The translations under genes and the position numbers were made by a program. Under the pieces are notes generated by a model. The model worked only from the letters and a program-made list of their open reading frames with translations, was not told where the DNA came from and did no database searches. A stretch of 64,000 nt of DNA from Chiloscyllium plagiosum (Eukaryota), in contig NC_057758.1 of NCBI RefSeq assembly GCF_004010195.1, positions 747,029 to 811,028 on the forward strand, read 5' to 3'. Below are positions 10,995-22,254 of this stretch, piece by piece. Every line of letters starts with the position of its first letter. Positions within the stretch are counted from its first letter, which is position 1.

Positions 10995-13915
10995 CATAGA
11001 ACATAGAACACAGAACAGTACAGCACAGAACAGGCCCTTCAGCCTACGATGTTGTGCCGACCATTGATCCTCATGTATGCACCCTCAAATTTCTGTAACT
11101 AAACGCATGTCCAGTAGTCTCTTAAATATCCCCAATGACCTTGCTTCCACAACTGCTGCTGGCAACGCATTCCGTGCTCTCACAACTCTCTGTGTAAAGA
11201 ACCCGCCTCTGACATCCCCTCTATACTTTCCTCCAACCAGCTTAAAACTATGACCCCTCGTGTTAGCCATTTCTGCCTTGGGAAATAGTCTCTGGCAATC
11301 GACTCTATCTGTGCCTCTCATTTTCTTGTATACATCAATTAGGTCCCCTCTCCTCCTCCTTTTCTCCAATGAAAAAAGTCCGAGCTCAGTCAACCTCTCT
11401 TCATAAAATAAGCCCTCCAGTCCAGGCAGCATCCTGGTAAACATCCTCTGAACCTTCTCCAAATCATCCACATCTTTCCTATAATATGGCGACCAGAACT
11501 GGACGCAGTATTCCTAGTGCGGTCTAACCAAAGTTTTATAGAGCTGCAACAAGATCTCACGACTCTTAAAATCAAAGCCCCTGTTAATGAAAGCCAAAAC
11601 ACCATATGCTTTGTTAACAACCCTGTCCACTTGGGTGGCCATTTTAAGGAATTTATGTACCTGCACACCAAGATCCCTCTGTTCCTCCACGCTGCGAAGA
11701 ATACTATCCTTAATCCTGTAATCAGCTTTCAAATTCGACCTTCCAAAATGCATCACCTCGCATTTATCCCGGTTGAAATCCATCTGCCACCTCTCAGCCC
11801 ATCTCTGCATCCTGTCAATGTCCCGCTGCAGCCAACAACCGCCCTCTATGCTATCAACGACACCTTTGTGTCGTCTGCAATCCTGCTGACCCATCCTTCA
11901 ATCCCCTCATCCAATAAAAATTACAAACAGTAGAGGATCAAGGGCAGAGCCATATGGAACACCACTCATTACTGACTTCAGGCAGAATATGTTCCTTCTA
12001 CTACCACTCGCTGTCTTCTGTTGGCCAGCCAATTCTGTATCCAGGCAGCTAAGTTCCCCTGCATCCCATTCCTCATGAACTTTTGAATGAGCTTACCATG
12101 GGAAACCATTCTGAAGTAGGACTTATGCCCGAAACGTCGATTCTCCTTCTACTGTGATGCTGCCTGACGTGCTGCGCTTTTCCAGCAACACATTTTTAAG
12201 TTAAAACCTTGTCAAATGCCTTACTGAAGTTCAATATACACCACATCCACAGCTCGACCCTCATCAACATTTCTAGTCACATCCTCAAAGAACTAGATAA
12301 GGTTTGTGAGGCATGACCTGCCCCTCACAAAGCCGTATTGACTGCATTTAATCAAGCCATGCTCTTCCAGATGGTCATAAATCCTATCCCTCAGAATCCT
12401 TTCTTACACCTCGCAGATGACAGACGTGAGACTGAGTGGTCTGCAATTGCCTTGGATTTCCCTATTTCCTTTTTTGAAGAGAGGAATTGCATTTGCCTCT
12501 CTCCAGACCTCAGGTACGACTCCAGTGGAGAATGAGGATGCAAAGATCTTCGCAAGTGGGGAAGAAATTGCATTTCTCTTTTCCCAAAGCAGCCGAGGAC
12601 AAATCTAGTCCGGGCTTGGCGACTTGTCAATCGTAATGTTTGACAAAATTTTCAGCACATCAGCTTCCTCTATCTCTATCCATTCCAGCATGCACTTCTT
12701 CAAAGGTTTCATTCACTACAAAATTCGTTTCTTTCCGAACGACAGAAGCAAACTCCTCTTTTAGGGCTTCCCCTAACTCCTCAGACTGACAAACAAGTTC
12801 CCTATGCTATCGCTGATCGGCCCTACTCTTTCTTTGACCATTCTCTTATTCCTCACATAAGTGTAAATTACCTTTGTGTTCTCCCTCATCCGTTCTGCCA
12901 AGCCTTTCTCGTGCCCCCTCCTGGCTCTCCTCAGACCATTTTTGAGTTCCTTTCTCGCCTGCCTCTAATCCTCTAGAGCTGAGCTTGACCCTAGCTTCCT
13001 CCACCTTATGTAAGCTACCTTCTTCCTTTTGACGAGGAGATCCATCGCTCTCGTCATCCAAGGTTCCTTTACCTTACCCCTTCTTGCCTGTCTCAGAGGG
13101 ACATATTTATTCATCACTCGCAACGACTGTTCCTTAAACAGTCTCCACATGTCTATAGTGCATTTACCATGGAACAGTTGCTCCCATTCTATGTTTCCTA
13201 ACTCATGTCTAATCGCATCATACTTTTCTCTTCCCCAATTAGATATCCTCCGATTTTGCCAAATCCTCGCCCTTTCCAAAGCTATGTAGAATGTGAGGCA
13301 GTTGTAGCCACTATCACCAAAATGCTCTCCCACCACAAGATCTGATACCTGCCCCGGCTCGTTTCCGAGCACCAAGTCGAGAATGGCCTGTCCCCTCGTC
13401 GGCCTGTCAATGTACTGAGTTAGGAAACTCACCTGAACACACCTTACAAAAACAGCTCCATTCAAATCTTCTGCTCGAAGGAGGTTCCCATCAACATTGG
13501 GAAAGTTAACGTCATCCATTACAACAACCCTACTACGTTCACACTTTTCCAAATCTGCCGAGCTATGCTTTCTTCCATCTCCCTGCTGCTGTTGGGGGCC
13601 TGTAGTAAACCCCTAACGAGGTGACTGCTCCCTTGCTATTCCTAATTTCCACCCATACTGACTTGGTAGGCAAATCTTCCACGAAAATGGAAGCTTCTGT
13701 AGCTGTGATACCCTCTGTGATTAGTAGTGTTACCCCCTTTTAAATGCTCTAAACCCTGGAACATCCAGCAACTATTCCTGGCCCTGAGAAACCTATGTCT
13801 CTGTTATGGCCACATCATAGCACTAGGTACTGATCCATTTTGCAAGTTCATCGCTTTCATTCCTGATACTCCTTGTGTTAAAGCAAACACACTTTAACTG
13901 ATCCCTCGGTTCCTT
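10995..13915 (-). mobile_element. CR1/HER1 LINE (APE, RT, 3' tail) inside the defensin-like intron
   Basis: ORFs 12965-13552 (APE: LDLVLGNEPGQVSDLVVGEHFGDS), 11514-11894 and 11085-11471 (ORF2 C-terminus). The ACATAGA tail is at ~10995. Confidence 0.92.
12108..12200 (+). mobile_element. Short Penelope-derived insertion with a decayed hammerhead motif, nested in the LINE
   Basis: CTGAAGTAGGACTTATGCCCGAAACGTCGATT interrupts the CR1 RT between AAACC repeats. Confidence 0.65.
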
Positions 13916-14017
13916 CCGAACAGCTATTTCGATTATGGAAACAAGATTCACTTGAAGACATTGAACAGATTCTCTGTCGATGTCCGTACTGACCTCTGAT
14001 AAACATGTACTTTCATT

Positions 14018-14081
14018 CGTCGGTATTAAATGATTCCACCAGCACCAAGGATGCAAGGGTCAAGACCCGTGTTTTACCCAT
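14018..14081 (-). CDS. Signal-peptide exon (exon 1) of the beta-defensin-like gene; donor non-canonical
   Basis: 64 nt (21 codons + 1), MGKTRVLTLASLVLVESFNTD+G. It joins exon 2 in frame to give ...TDA|KHKDC and lies ~50 nt downstream of a TATA box. The expected GT is absent (G|AATGAAAGT). Confidence 0.55.
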
Positions 14082-14130
14082 TTCCCACTGAGATCCTCGG
14101 AGGAGCAGTGAGGTGACTGCAGCACACTCA

Positions 14131-14157
14131 TTATATATGACCTTTGATGATTCATCA
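14131..14157 (-). promoter_or_regulatory. TATA box (TATATAA, 14131-14137) and adjacent palindrome TGATGATTCATCA (AP-1-like core)
   Basis: Position ~50 nt upstream of the ATG of the signal exon. Confidence 0.5.
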
Positions 14158-14887
14158 CACGCACAGGCACGATGTTGATTCGGCTTAGTCATGTGAATTG
14201 AACGGTTCACTGAATTAGACGAATGGAAACTGGAACAAAAAAAGGATCTTAAACCTATGATTTGTAAACATATCAATAAAGAATCTGACCTCTGAAATTA
14301 GTGAATTCACGAAGGTTTAATGCCGAGTCTTCACTGTGTTTGAGCTAAGAACCATTCGGCCCATCATGCCTCTGCTGTTCTCACAGGGTTTTAAGGACAT
14401 AGACGGCATAAATTATTCTATTTTACCCATTGCTACCCATAACCATTCTTTTCTTTCAGATTATTAATGCAATCGTCATGTTGAAAGTCACTGGCCTGTC
14501 AGGAAATGCATTCCAGATCACAATAACTCCCTGTGCGAAGAGAAATTATCCTCATGCCATATCGCGTTCTAATGGGAATTATCTTCATTCTGCTTTTATT
14601 GCAAACAAATTTTCATCATCTCTCTCACCGAATAATGGAAGAAGAGCTGTAAGGTTTCCCTGCTGCCTGGGAGCCAATATACATCAACTGTCCCGTATCA
14701 TCAAATACATGCTGACAACATTTTAACAGGGGGTCATTTTGTGCGCAGGACACTAAGACACCCTAAGGCTGGGAACAGTAGACTCTGAATCTTTCTTTTT
14801 TTTTGTTTCCTTCTCTGTTTGTCTCTCGCTCTGCATTACTTTCGCTCTTGCCTACTTTCTATCCATCTACATTTTTTTCCTCTGCAA

Positions 14888-15522
14888 GGTTTGTGAAGGT
14901 TTGTAGCTCAGGTTGAGGTTTAGGGTGTAGTTTTGCTCGCTGAGTTGTAGGTTTGATATCCAGACGTTTCATTACCTGGCTAGATAACATCATCAGTGGC
15001 GACCTCCAAGTGAAGCGAAGCTGTTGTCTCCTGCTTTCTATTTATATCTTTCTCCTGGATGGGGTTCCTGGGGTTTGTGGTGATGTCATTTCCTGTTCGT
15101 TTTCTGAGGGGTTGATAGATGGCATCGAGATCTATGTGCTTGTTTATGGCATTGTGGTTGGAGTGCCAGGCCTCCAGGAATTCTCTGGCATGTCTTTGCT
15201 TCGCCTGTCCCAGGACAAATGTGTTGTTCCAGTCGAAATGGTGTTTTTTTCCATCCGTCTGCAGGGCTATGAGGGAGAGGAGGTCGTGACTTTTTTGTGG
15301 CCAGCTGGTGTTCGTGTATCCTGGTGGCTAACTTTCTTCTTGTTTGTCCTACGTAGTGTTTGTATCAATATCCCAGTAGCTCTAGTAGTACTAGTAGTAC
15401 TAGTGTCCCAGTAGCACACAAACCCAGCAACACTCTCAAACAAAAAACTAACAAATTTAAAAGACCCAGTACAACCCATGGACAAAACCAACGTCAACTA
15501 TAAAATTCCATGCAAGGACTGC
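14888..15522 (-). mobile_element. 5'-truncated Penelope-like element with a 5' inversion
   Basis: Minus strand 15365-14890 encodes KHYVGQTRRKLATRIHEH...REFLEAWHS (GIY-YIG C-half) plus the 3' end. Plus strand 15411-15522 encodes VAHKP...KDPVQPMDKTNVNYKIPCKDC (N-half). Confidence 0.85.
14958..15000 (-). ncRNA. Minimal type I hammerhead ribozyme motif (Penelope-associated)
   Basis: GCCA-CUGAUGA-U-GUUAUCU-agcc-AGGUAAU-GAAA-CGUC-UGG: intact core, paired stem II, CCA/UGG stem I. Confidence 0.65.
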
Positions 15523-15899
15523 CAAATTTGTTTGGATTTCTTAAGGTGTGTCTGCTGGTACTCCTGACACCCCTCTCTTCATTGGACCATGATGGTTAAG
15601 TTGGCTTGAAGCTTATTCTTGAGACACTGATCCTCGAGGTATACATATCTCTAACAAATGTCTTGAATAAGTTCGTCATCACCTCTTTTCTCTTGTACTC
15701 TATGGACCTTGTATTAAAGGCGAGAATACAGTGTTGTTGAATACATTTCTTTGCGTCTTTTTTTTTATTCGTTTACGGGATTAAGCTATTAATGGTTGGA
15801 CCAACATCTACTATTCAGCCAGACATGCCCTTGACAACGTAGTGGTGGTGGCGGACTGCCTTCTTGTAGCACTGCTGCCCAGTCAACTCCTGCGCCCCC

Positions 15900-16370
15900 C
15901 TCCCCCCGTAAACCATTAGAATCCAAATAATCATTCAAAGTGCGTCTGGAAGTCTCAATTGTACATGCGTTTACCCACATCTCTGGAGGAGCATTCCACA
16001 TCCGATATATGCCATGGGTGAATAAGACTTTCCCTAATATCATCCTTGCTACTATTGTGTTTCACTTCAATTACAAATCGCTTTAAACTTATTGCCCTCT
16101 AGTTCATGTTCCTTTTACGACGGGTGAGCAGCTTCTCTCTATCTGCCTGTGATTGTGAAAGACGTATCAGGTTCCCTCTCAGTATTCCTCTCTCCAGGGA
16201 GAGTACTCCCAACTTCTTCAATTTATCTTTAAGACAGAAGTTTATCATCCTTAGGACCATTCTGATCAATCATATCTGCTTTCTCTCTCCAGTTCGTCCA
16301 ATTGTTTCTGAAAATTTGTCATCCACAATTGTACACGGCTCTATAACAGATGTCTTGTATAAGTTCTGTA
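15900..16370 (-). mobile_element. Old CR1 3' fragment
   Basis: GKVLFTHGIYRMWNAPPE motif of the CR1 ORF2 end. Confidence 0.6.
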
Positions 16371-16379
16371 TCACCAAGA

Positions 16380-16882
16380 AAGGCGAGAATGCATTATATT
16401 AGCGTTCATTAGCAGAGGGATTGAATTCAAGAGTCGTGAAATGATGTTGCAGCTGTACAGGACCTTGGTTAGGCCACACTTGGAGTACAGTGTGTAGTTC
16501 TGGTCGTCTCACTTTAGGAAATATGTGGAAGCTGTGGAAGCTTTGGAGAGGGTGCAGAGAAGATTTACCAGGATGTTGCCTGGAATGGAGAATAGGTCGT
16601 ACGAGGATAGGTTGAGAGTGCTAGGCCTTTTCTCGTTGGAACGGCGAAGGATGAGGGGTGACTTGATAGAGGTTTATAAGATGATCAGAGGAATAGATAG
16701 ACAGTCAGAAACCTTTTCCCCAGGTACAACAGAATGTTACAAGTGGACATAAACTTAAGGTGAAGGATGGAAGGTATAGGGGAGATGTCAGGGGTGGGTT
16801 CTTTACCCAGAGAGTGGTGGGGGCATGGAATGCGCTGCCTGTGGGAGTGGCAGAGTCAGAATCATTGACGACCTTTAAGAAA
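16380..16882 (+). mobile_element. CR1/HER1 LINE 3' fragment
   Basis: ORFs 16525-16752 and 16760-16880 (ALERVQRRFTRMLPGM, FFTQRVVGAWNALP). Confidence 0.85.
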
Positions 16883-17019
16883 CGTCTTAAAACTACTGGA
16901 AAGTTTCGACAGGTCGAACGGCTTCCTTCTTTGATATCTTATTCAGGAAAGAGTTCCAAAAAGGTCCACCAGTGCAATTCTCACGCACCTCTGCCTCTCC
17001 ATTTGATTCCATTCTATAT

Positions 17020-17470
17020 ATATGAGTGTGTGTGTTTATATGTCTGGGTGAGTTTGTGTTTGTGTTTGAGTTTGTGTTTTCTTACGTCTTCCTGTGGGGT
17101 TGTGTGTGTGCATGTGTGCTTATGCTAGTGTGCGAGTTTTTGTGCGCATCCGTATGTGTGTGACTTTGTGAGTGAGTCTATTTCTGTGCGAATATGTGTC
17201 TGTATGCCTCTGTGCAAGAGTGTGTGTGTTTTGGTACATGTGTGTATTTGCTTGAGTGTGTAAAAGTGTGTGCTAGCGAGTGAATGTGTGTGACTTTGTG
17301 AGTATTTGCGTATGTGTGAGTTAGTGTCTCCCTCTGTGCGTGTGTGTGCGTGCTACTGTGTGCGTTTTGTGTGTCTGTGTGTCTATACGCTAGTGTGTGA
17401 GTGTGTGCACCTGTGCATGTGTCTGTGTGAATGTGTGAGTCTGTGTGAATGTTTGTGTGTGTACCAGTGC
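17020..17470. repeat. Degenerate (GT)n microsatellite
   Basis: GT-dinucleotide-rich tract. Confidence 0.85.
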
Positions 17471-18299
17471 CCATGTCTGATCATTCAAAACTGAATACTC
17501 AGCATTCACATAAAGAGCCCAAACGTTCTCTCCGTACTCCTGAGTAATTCAGCACAGAATACGGAGAGCATTCCTTCTGATCCTCGTGTCCATGTGTGGC
17601 TCGGGAAGAGTGGAGACTGAGCCTTGAATTTGCAGGTGAGTACATCTCTCACGAAAAAAATTGCTGATGACACAAAGATAAGTGGAAGGCTGGATTGCGA
17701 GGAGGAGGCAGAAATGTGATTTTGACAAGGCGGAGTGAGTGCACAAATGCATGACAGATGTAGTGTGATACGGATTAATGTGAGGTTATACAGTTTAGCA
17801 GGAAAAACGCAAAGACAGGTTTTTAGTAAACGGCTCTAAATTGAGCGACTGCAATTCTCAGTAAGTCCGAAGTGTGTGAAGAATGCATGCGATATTTTCC
17901 CCTTCAGAGTAGAGGATTCGATTACAGGAACAGTGATGTCAGAACGGGCTCGAGGAATTCCTATCTTCCATGCTTCTATGTCACAAATAGAACTCTAATG
18001 CAGTGAAGAGGAGGTAATCACTCCTTGTGGAGGTCTGTGTTGTTAATTTGTAGCGTGGCGAACATTTTGTCGACTCTAAGTTATGTTGGTTTCAGAATGC
18101 CAACCCTTCACATTGTGTGTTGTCTGTTTCAGCCTTGAGTCTTTTTTTCCCCGAAAATAATTGATGATTTATTTTATTTTACTATCCAGCTTTTACTCTC
18201 TGTTAAGGTAGGGCTTAGGAGCACTAACGTTTTCCTTGCATTGGATCATTTGTACTTAATATCTGCACATATTTTTCAGTGTCAAAACATAATTTATTT

Positions 18300-19295
18300 A
18301 TCAGAACAACTTCATTCCTGTGCACAGTTTCCGTTTGTATAGACCTCGGATAAGCAACTCTGTGCACAGTTCCGGCATCCATTTCCCTCAGTTGATACCC
18401 TCATGGAGTATGGTGCATTTTTCTGATCTCCATATCACTCAGTTGGATTACAGTTGAGAAATTGTGCACAGCTTCCATTTCCATATTACTTTGTTTGATC
18501 ACACGTGATGTACTACACATACTCTGAATTGGTCTGTCTCAGTTGACAACACTTGAAACACAATGCACCGTCTCCAACTCCATGTCCTTCAGTTCCTCCA
18601 CAACAGAGAAATCTGCATGGATCCATTCTTTGTATTCCTTAGTTAAGTGTAAATTGGGAGCACTATGTATAGTTACCACCTCCAAAAATCTAATTTAAAA
18701 CAAATTGGGAGCACAATGTGCAGGTCCCCTCTTGGCATCTCTCTCTTCAATTAAAGGGAATGAGGAGAACAGGGCATTGGTCCTTATCATAAAATCACTA
18801 TAGCTTGCAGAAGGCAATCCTTGAACTGGGGGAGGAAACCAGAGCAAGCAGAGGAACGCACGCAGACACAAGGTGAATGCGCAATCATCCGAGGCTGGAA
18901 TCGAAACCTGGCTCCTGGCACTGTGAGGTAGCAGTACTAAACACTGAACCACTATGCCACCCAGCATTTACTCATGCAGGGTATACTGTGCACAATTCTG
19001 GTCTCCATATCGCTCTAAAAATAAACTGACAGCAGGGAGTGCATTTTCTGTCTGAACATCCCTTGGTAGATCACACGTGAGCTATTATGCTCAGTTCTCA
19101 CTCTTTCTCGCTCCGCTAGACCACATGTAAAAATGTATGCATGGTTCCCACCTCCAAACCCCTCAGTTATGTGACATTTGGAGCACTGTGCATAATTCTT
19201 GGTTCTTTATCACTCAGTTAGCTACCATGTGGAACACGATATACAGTTCTTATCTCATACATCCGGGTCAGACCACACGAGGAGCACTGTGGAAC
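18300..19295 (+). repeat. Diverged ~50-bp tandem repeat derived from a CR1 ORF2 segment
   Basis: Recurring CAGTTAGACCACACGTGGAGCACTGTGCACAGTTCTGGTCTCCATATCACT-like unit, compared with the LINE at 16465-16510 (TTGGTTAGGCCACACTTGGAGTACAGTGTGTAGTTCTGGTCGTC). Confidence 0.65.
18800..18965 (-). mobile_element. HE1-type SINE fragment
   Basis: Reverse complement GGTGGCATAGTGGTTCAGTGTTTAGTACTGCTACCTCACAGTGCCAGG...GGTTTCGATTCC has a tRNA-derived head with A/B boxes. Confidence 0.75.
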
Positions 19296-19984
19296 CTTAA
19301 GTTATAAACCTTGGTTATAACATGCATCGTAAATGGGAAGTCTCGAACTGGTCTCTTCTCATGAGAGGTGGACATTCCAGAATCTTGTCTGGTGATGTTA
19401 AGACGTTTTTCATCTCTTTTTTGAAAATATCATCTTCGGATGTTGTGACAATAACGCAACCTGCAGAAGAGGGGTGAGGTGAGATGCAGCTGTCTTGGAA
19501 ATGCGTCTTTTTCCTCAAATGCTATTGAGCTGAACAGAGGGAATGTGTCCCAGCGTGGCCTACGTTCCGAATGATACCAATTCTCGTTTCTGTGGATCAA
19601 ACTGCATTCATGTTTTCCGATGAGCCGTGTCCCACAGATTTTGAGTTATGTCAAAGGAACTCATCAAATTGTTTACCGCCTCTTGTCTATTAAATTTCAA
19701 TGTTTTTTAGTTATTTGGGTTAGTGTACGTCATCATATTTACCAAGAGGGAGAGAAGATCAGATGGAAGAGGACGACATCGAAATTATGAAGAAAAACCC
19801 ACAAGCAGTTAACGAATTGAACAGAGGAGGAAGTGCCACAAATTTTCTCATCGCAATTGATTAAGGAGTCTAGCCTATCAGTGGAAAATACAGGCATAGG
19901 CATTCCTGAATACCTTCTCATACTGGAAGGTTGACTGGATGATCCATTTTATTCAATTAACAAAACAAAATGACATGTCTGCCC

Positions 19985-19991
19985 TTTTATA
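19985..19991 (-). promoter_or_regulatory. TATA box upstream of candidate gene X
   Basis: GCGTATAAAAGGG consensus context; TGACGT half-site ~35 nt upstream. Confidence 0.4.
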
Positions 19992-20214
19992 CGCAGACTG
20001 GGAATGGATATATTTGTGCATTGACGTTTATGCTAATCAAACAAAGTCTGCTAAAATGACTTAACTCTGTCAAACGAATTAAACTGACAGGCATTTGGCA
20101 GTCGTGAGTGCATTGTTTACACAGATAGGTAGCAAGCTACTGGCTGATATTCGGGGATAGTTAATTCCTTTCAACTTCAGTGACTCATGCAAAACAGGAT
20201 ATGAAAACACGTTT

Positions 20215-20850
20215 TGAAAGAGGCAGAGAGAGAGAGAAAGACAGGGAGGGACAGAGAGATACAGAGAGAGAGAGAGAGAGAAAAAAAGCAATGGTGTCAG
20301 ATAAATACAGAGCGAGAGTGGTAAGTAGGATTTAATAGAGGGTACAACAAGATAAAACAAAATACAGTAACAGATGAAAAACCATGGAAGGTTCATGAAA
20401 GGCCGAGTGAGAGGTATTGATAGAGCGATACAGAGACAGAGGAGAAAATAAAAGAAAGGAAAAACACAGTGATCGAGTGAGACAAAAGAGTAAGAGATAT
20501 AAAGAAGGCATTTTATAGAGAGCAGAATGACAGGGAGAAGGAGAAAAAGATGGAGAGAAAGAGAAAAGCAGTGAGAGAAGAAGTAAGCAGGAGAGTGTTT
20601 CAGGAAGAGGAAAAATGAGATAGAGATTAACTCAGAGAGAGAGGGAGAGACAAAGGAGAGAGAGGGTTGCTGAAGGAGGGAGAGAGACAGAAGGAAGTGA
20701 AAAGAAATAGAATAGATGAAAAGGAGAATTGCAAAGACAGAACAAAGAACGACGTGTGGGAATTGGATGCGCGAGTGTGTTCGCGTGTGTGTCTGTGTGT
20801 GCACGCACGCACACACACACTATTTATCTATCGTCACAGATAGATAGGGA
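20215..20850. repeat. GA-rich low-complexity tract followed by GT/CA repeats
   Basis: Purine-rich simple sequence; explains the spurious 245-aa ORF 20079-20816. Confidence 0.85.
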
Positions 20851-21104
20851 GATCATAGTAAGCGTTAGAGTTGCAGAACACAGAAACAGTCTCTTCAATC
20901 CAATTCGTCCATACCAACCACGTGCTCGCAATTAATCAAGTCCCATTTTTCAGCATTTGTTGCATATTCCTCTAAACACTTTCCAATCATGTACACAGTC
21001 CTGATGCCTTTTAATATGGCAATTGAACTGGCCTCCACTACTTTCTGTGGCAGCTAATTCCATATACGCATCAGCCTCTTCATGAAAATATTGTCCCTTA
21101 GGTT

Positions 21105-21505
21105 CATGTTAGGTCAGTTTTGAAGCTGCTGGACCCAAAGAAACAGGTTCACGTTGATGCTCCCTCTTTCTGACGTCTCTCCTTTAAGAATCTGTGATGG
21201 ATATTTCCTTTAGATTTGCCAATGGAATGTTTATGGGGATGTTGCAAATATTTGGAACAGCATCATTACATTCCAATAGAGTTGATAGGATTATTAAATA
21301 TTCAAGTTATATTCTGCTCCTTTTTGTTTGTGTTTTATTTGGTAGTATTGCAATTAAATTCTGTTTTGTTCAAAACTAAATGTTTGAGCCAGCTGCATCA
21401 CTCCTGGAATATCTATTTTACCCCTGCTTAAAACAACTAGAAAAGCCACAGTCCGGACCACTTTCTTGAAATATTTTGGGATGTTCTGGCCTGACCCATT
21501 GCAAT
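21105..21505 (+). mobile_element. Partial Gypsy-type LTR
   Basis: Shares CAGCTGCATCACTCCTGGAAT...CTGCTTAAAACAACTAGAAAA with 5446-6013. Confidence 0.7.
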
Positions 21506-21539
21506 AATAAGATTGAGAAGATGCTGGAAGTCGTGAAAT

Positions 21540-22030
21540 TGTTATGGTATGTAGATCCACAGGCATTGAAGGGATCTATGCCAGGATGCTGCAGACGAAA
21601 TAGAAGAGATTGCTAGGATCTTGACAGAGAGCTTTGTATCTTAGTTTGCTGCATATATGATCACAGAAGACTGGAGTAGAGCTAATGTCGCTCCTTTGTT
21701 TAAGTAGGATAAAAGGGATTTCCAGGAAATTATATACTGGCGGCATCATTCAGAGGATATCTACTCGAGAATATTCTTATAGACAGGATTTATGCGCATT
21801 TGAAAAAGCATAGACATATTCGGAATTTTCATCATGTTTTTATGCAGGGGAGGTCTTGTCTCAAAAACATGTTTTTTTTGAGGAAATGAGGAAGATGATT
21901 GACGAGGTAAGGCAGTGGATGTTACCTTCACCGCTTTCAATGAAGCATGCGATAAGATCCCTCACGGATATGGTGGTCCAAATTATTAAGTCACAGAGGA
22001 TCCACGGTGAATCAGGAAGGTGAATTCAAA
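21540..22030 (+). mobile_element. Degenerate CR1 RT fragment
   Basis: GIYARML..EDWSRANVAPLFK motifs. Confidence 0.65.
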
Positions 22031-22254
22031 ATCGAGTATTTTCTGCAAAAAAAAGTGACGAAGGTGAAACATTAGCGTTAGAAAGGGACAATGAGAAGTA
22101 AACGTGTGTTCGTTGTATTTTGTGTCACTGAGTGAGTGAGTATGCGTGGGCAAGTCTCAGGGTATCTCTACTTGTCTTCTCCCCTTCTCCGGCTGGTGTT
22201 TGGGGGGTGGACTGTGATTGTAAAACATCTGCTGTTCTTGGTGCCTCCACTCAG

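Larger units (their letters stand above)
14753..19851 (-). pseudogene. Candidate three-exon gene X of unknown family (exons 19851-19743, 19460-19310, 15707-14753), disrupted
   Basis: TATAAAA at 19985-19991. Exon 1 MRKFVALPPLFNSLTACGFFFIISMSSSSI*SSLPLG| ends at G|GTAAAT. Exon 2 has a strong acceptor CCCCTCTTCTGCAG|. Exon 3 VHRVQEKRGDDELIQDIC*RYVYL...REGCQEYQQTHLKK is split by a Penelope insertion. AATAAA at 14595-14600. The model needs one frameshift and has several stops. Confidence 0.35.

Noticed and set aside
20079..20816. 245-aa hydrophobic ORF resembling a membrane protein
   Set aside because: Translation of a CT/GA low-complexity tract.
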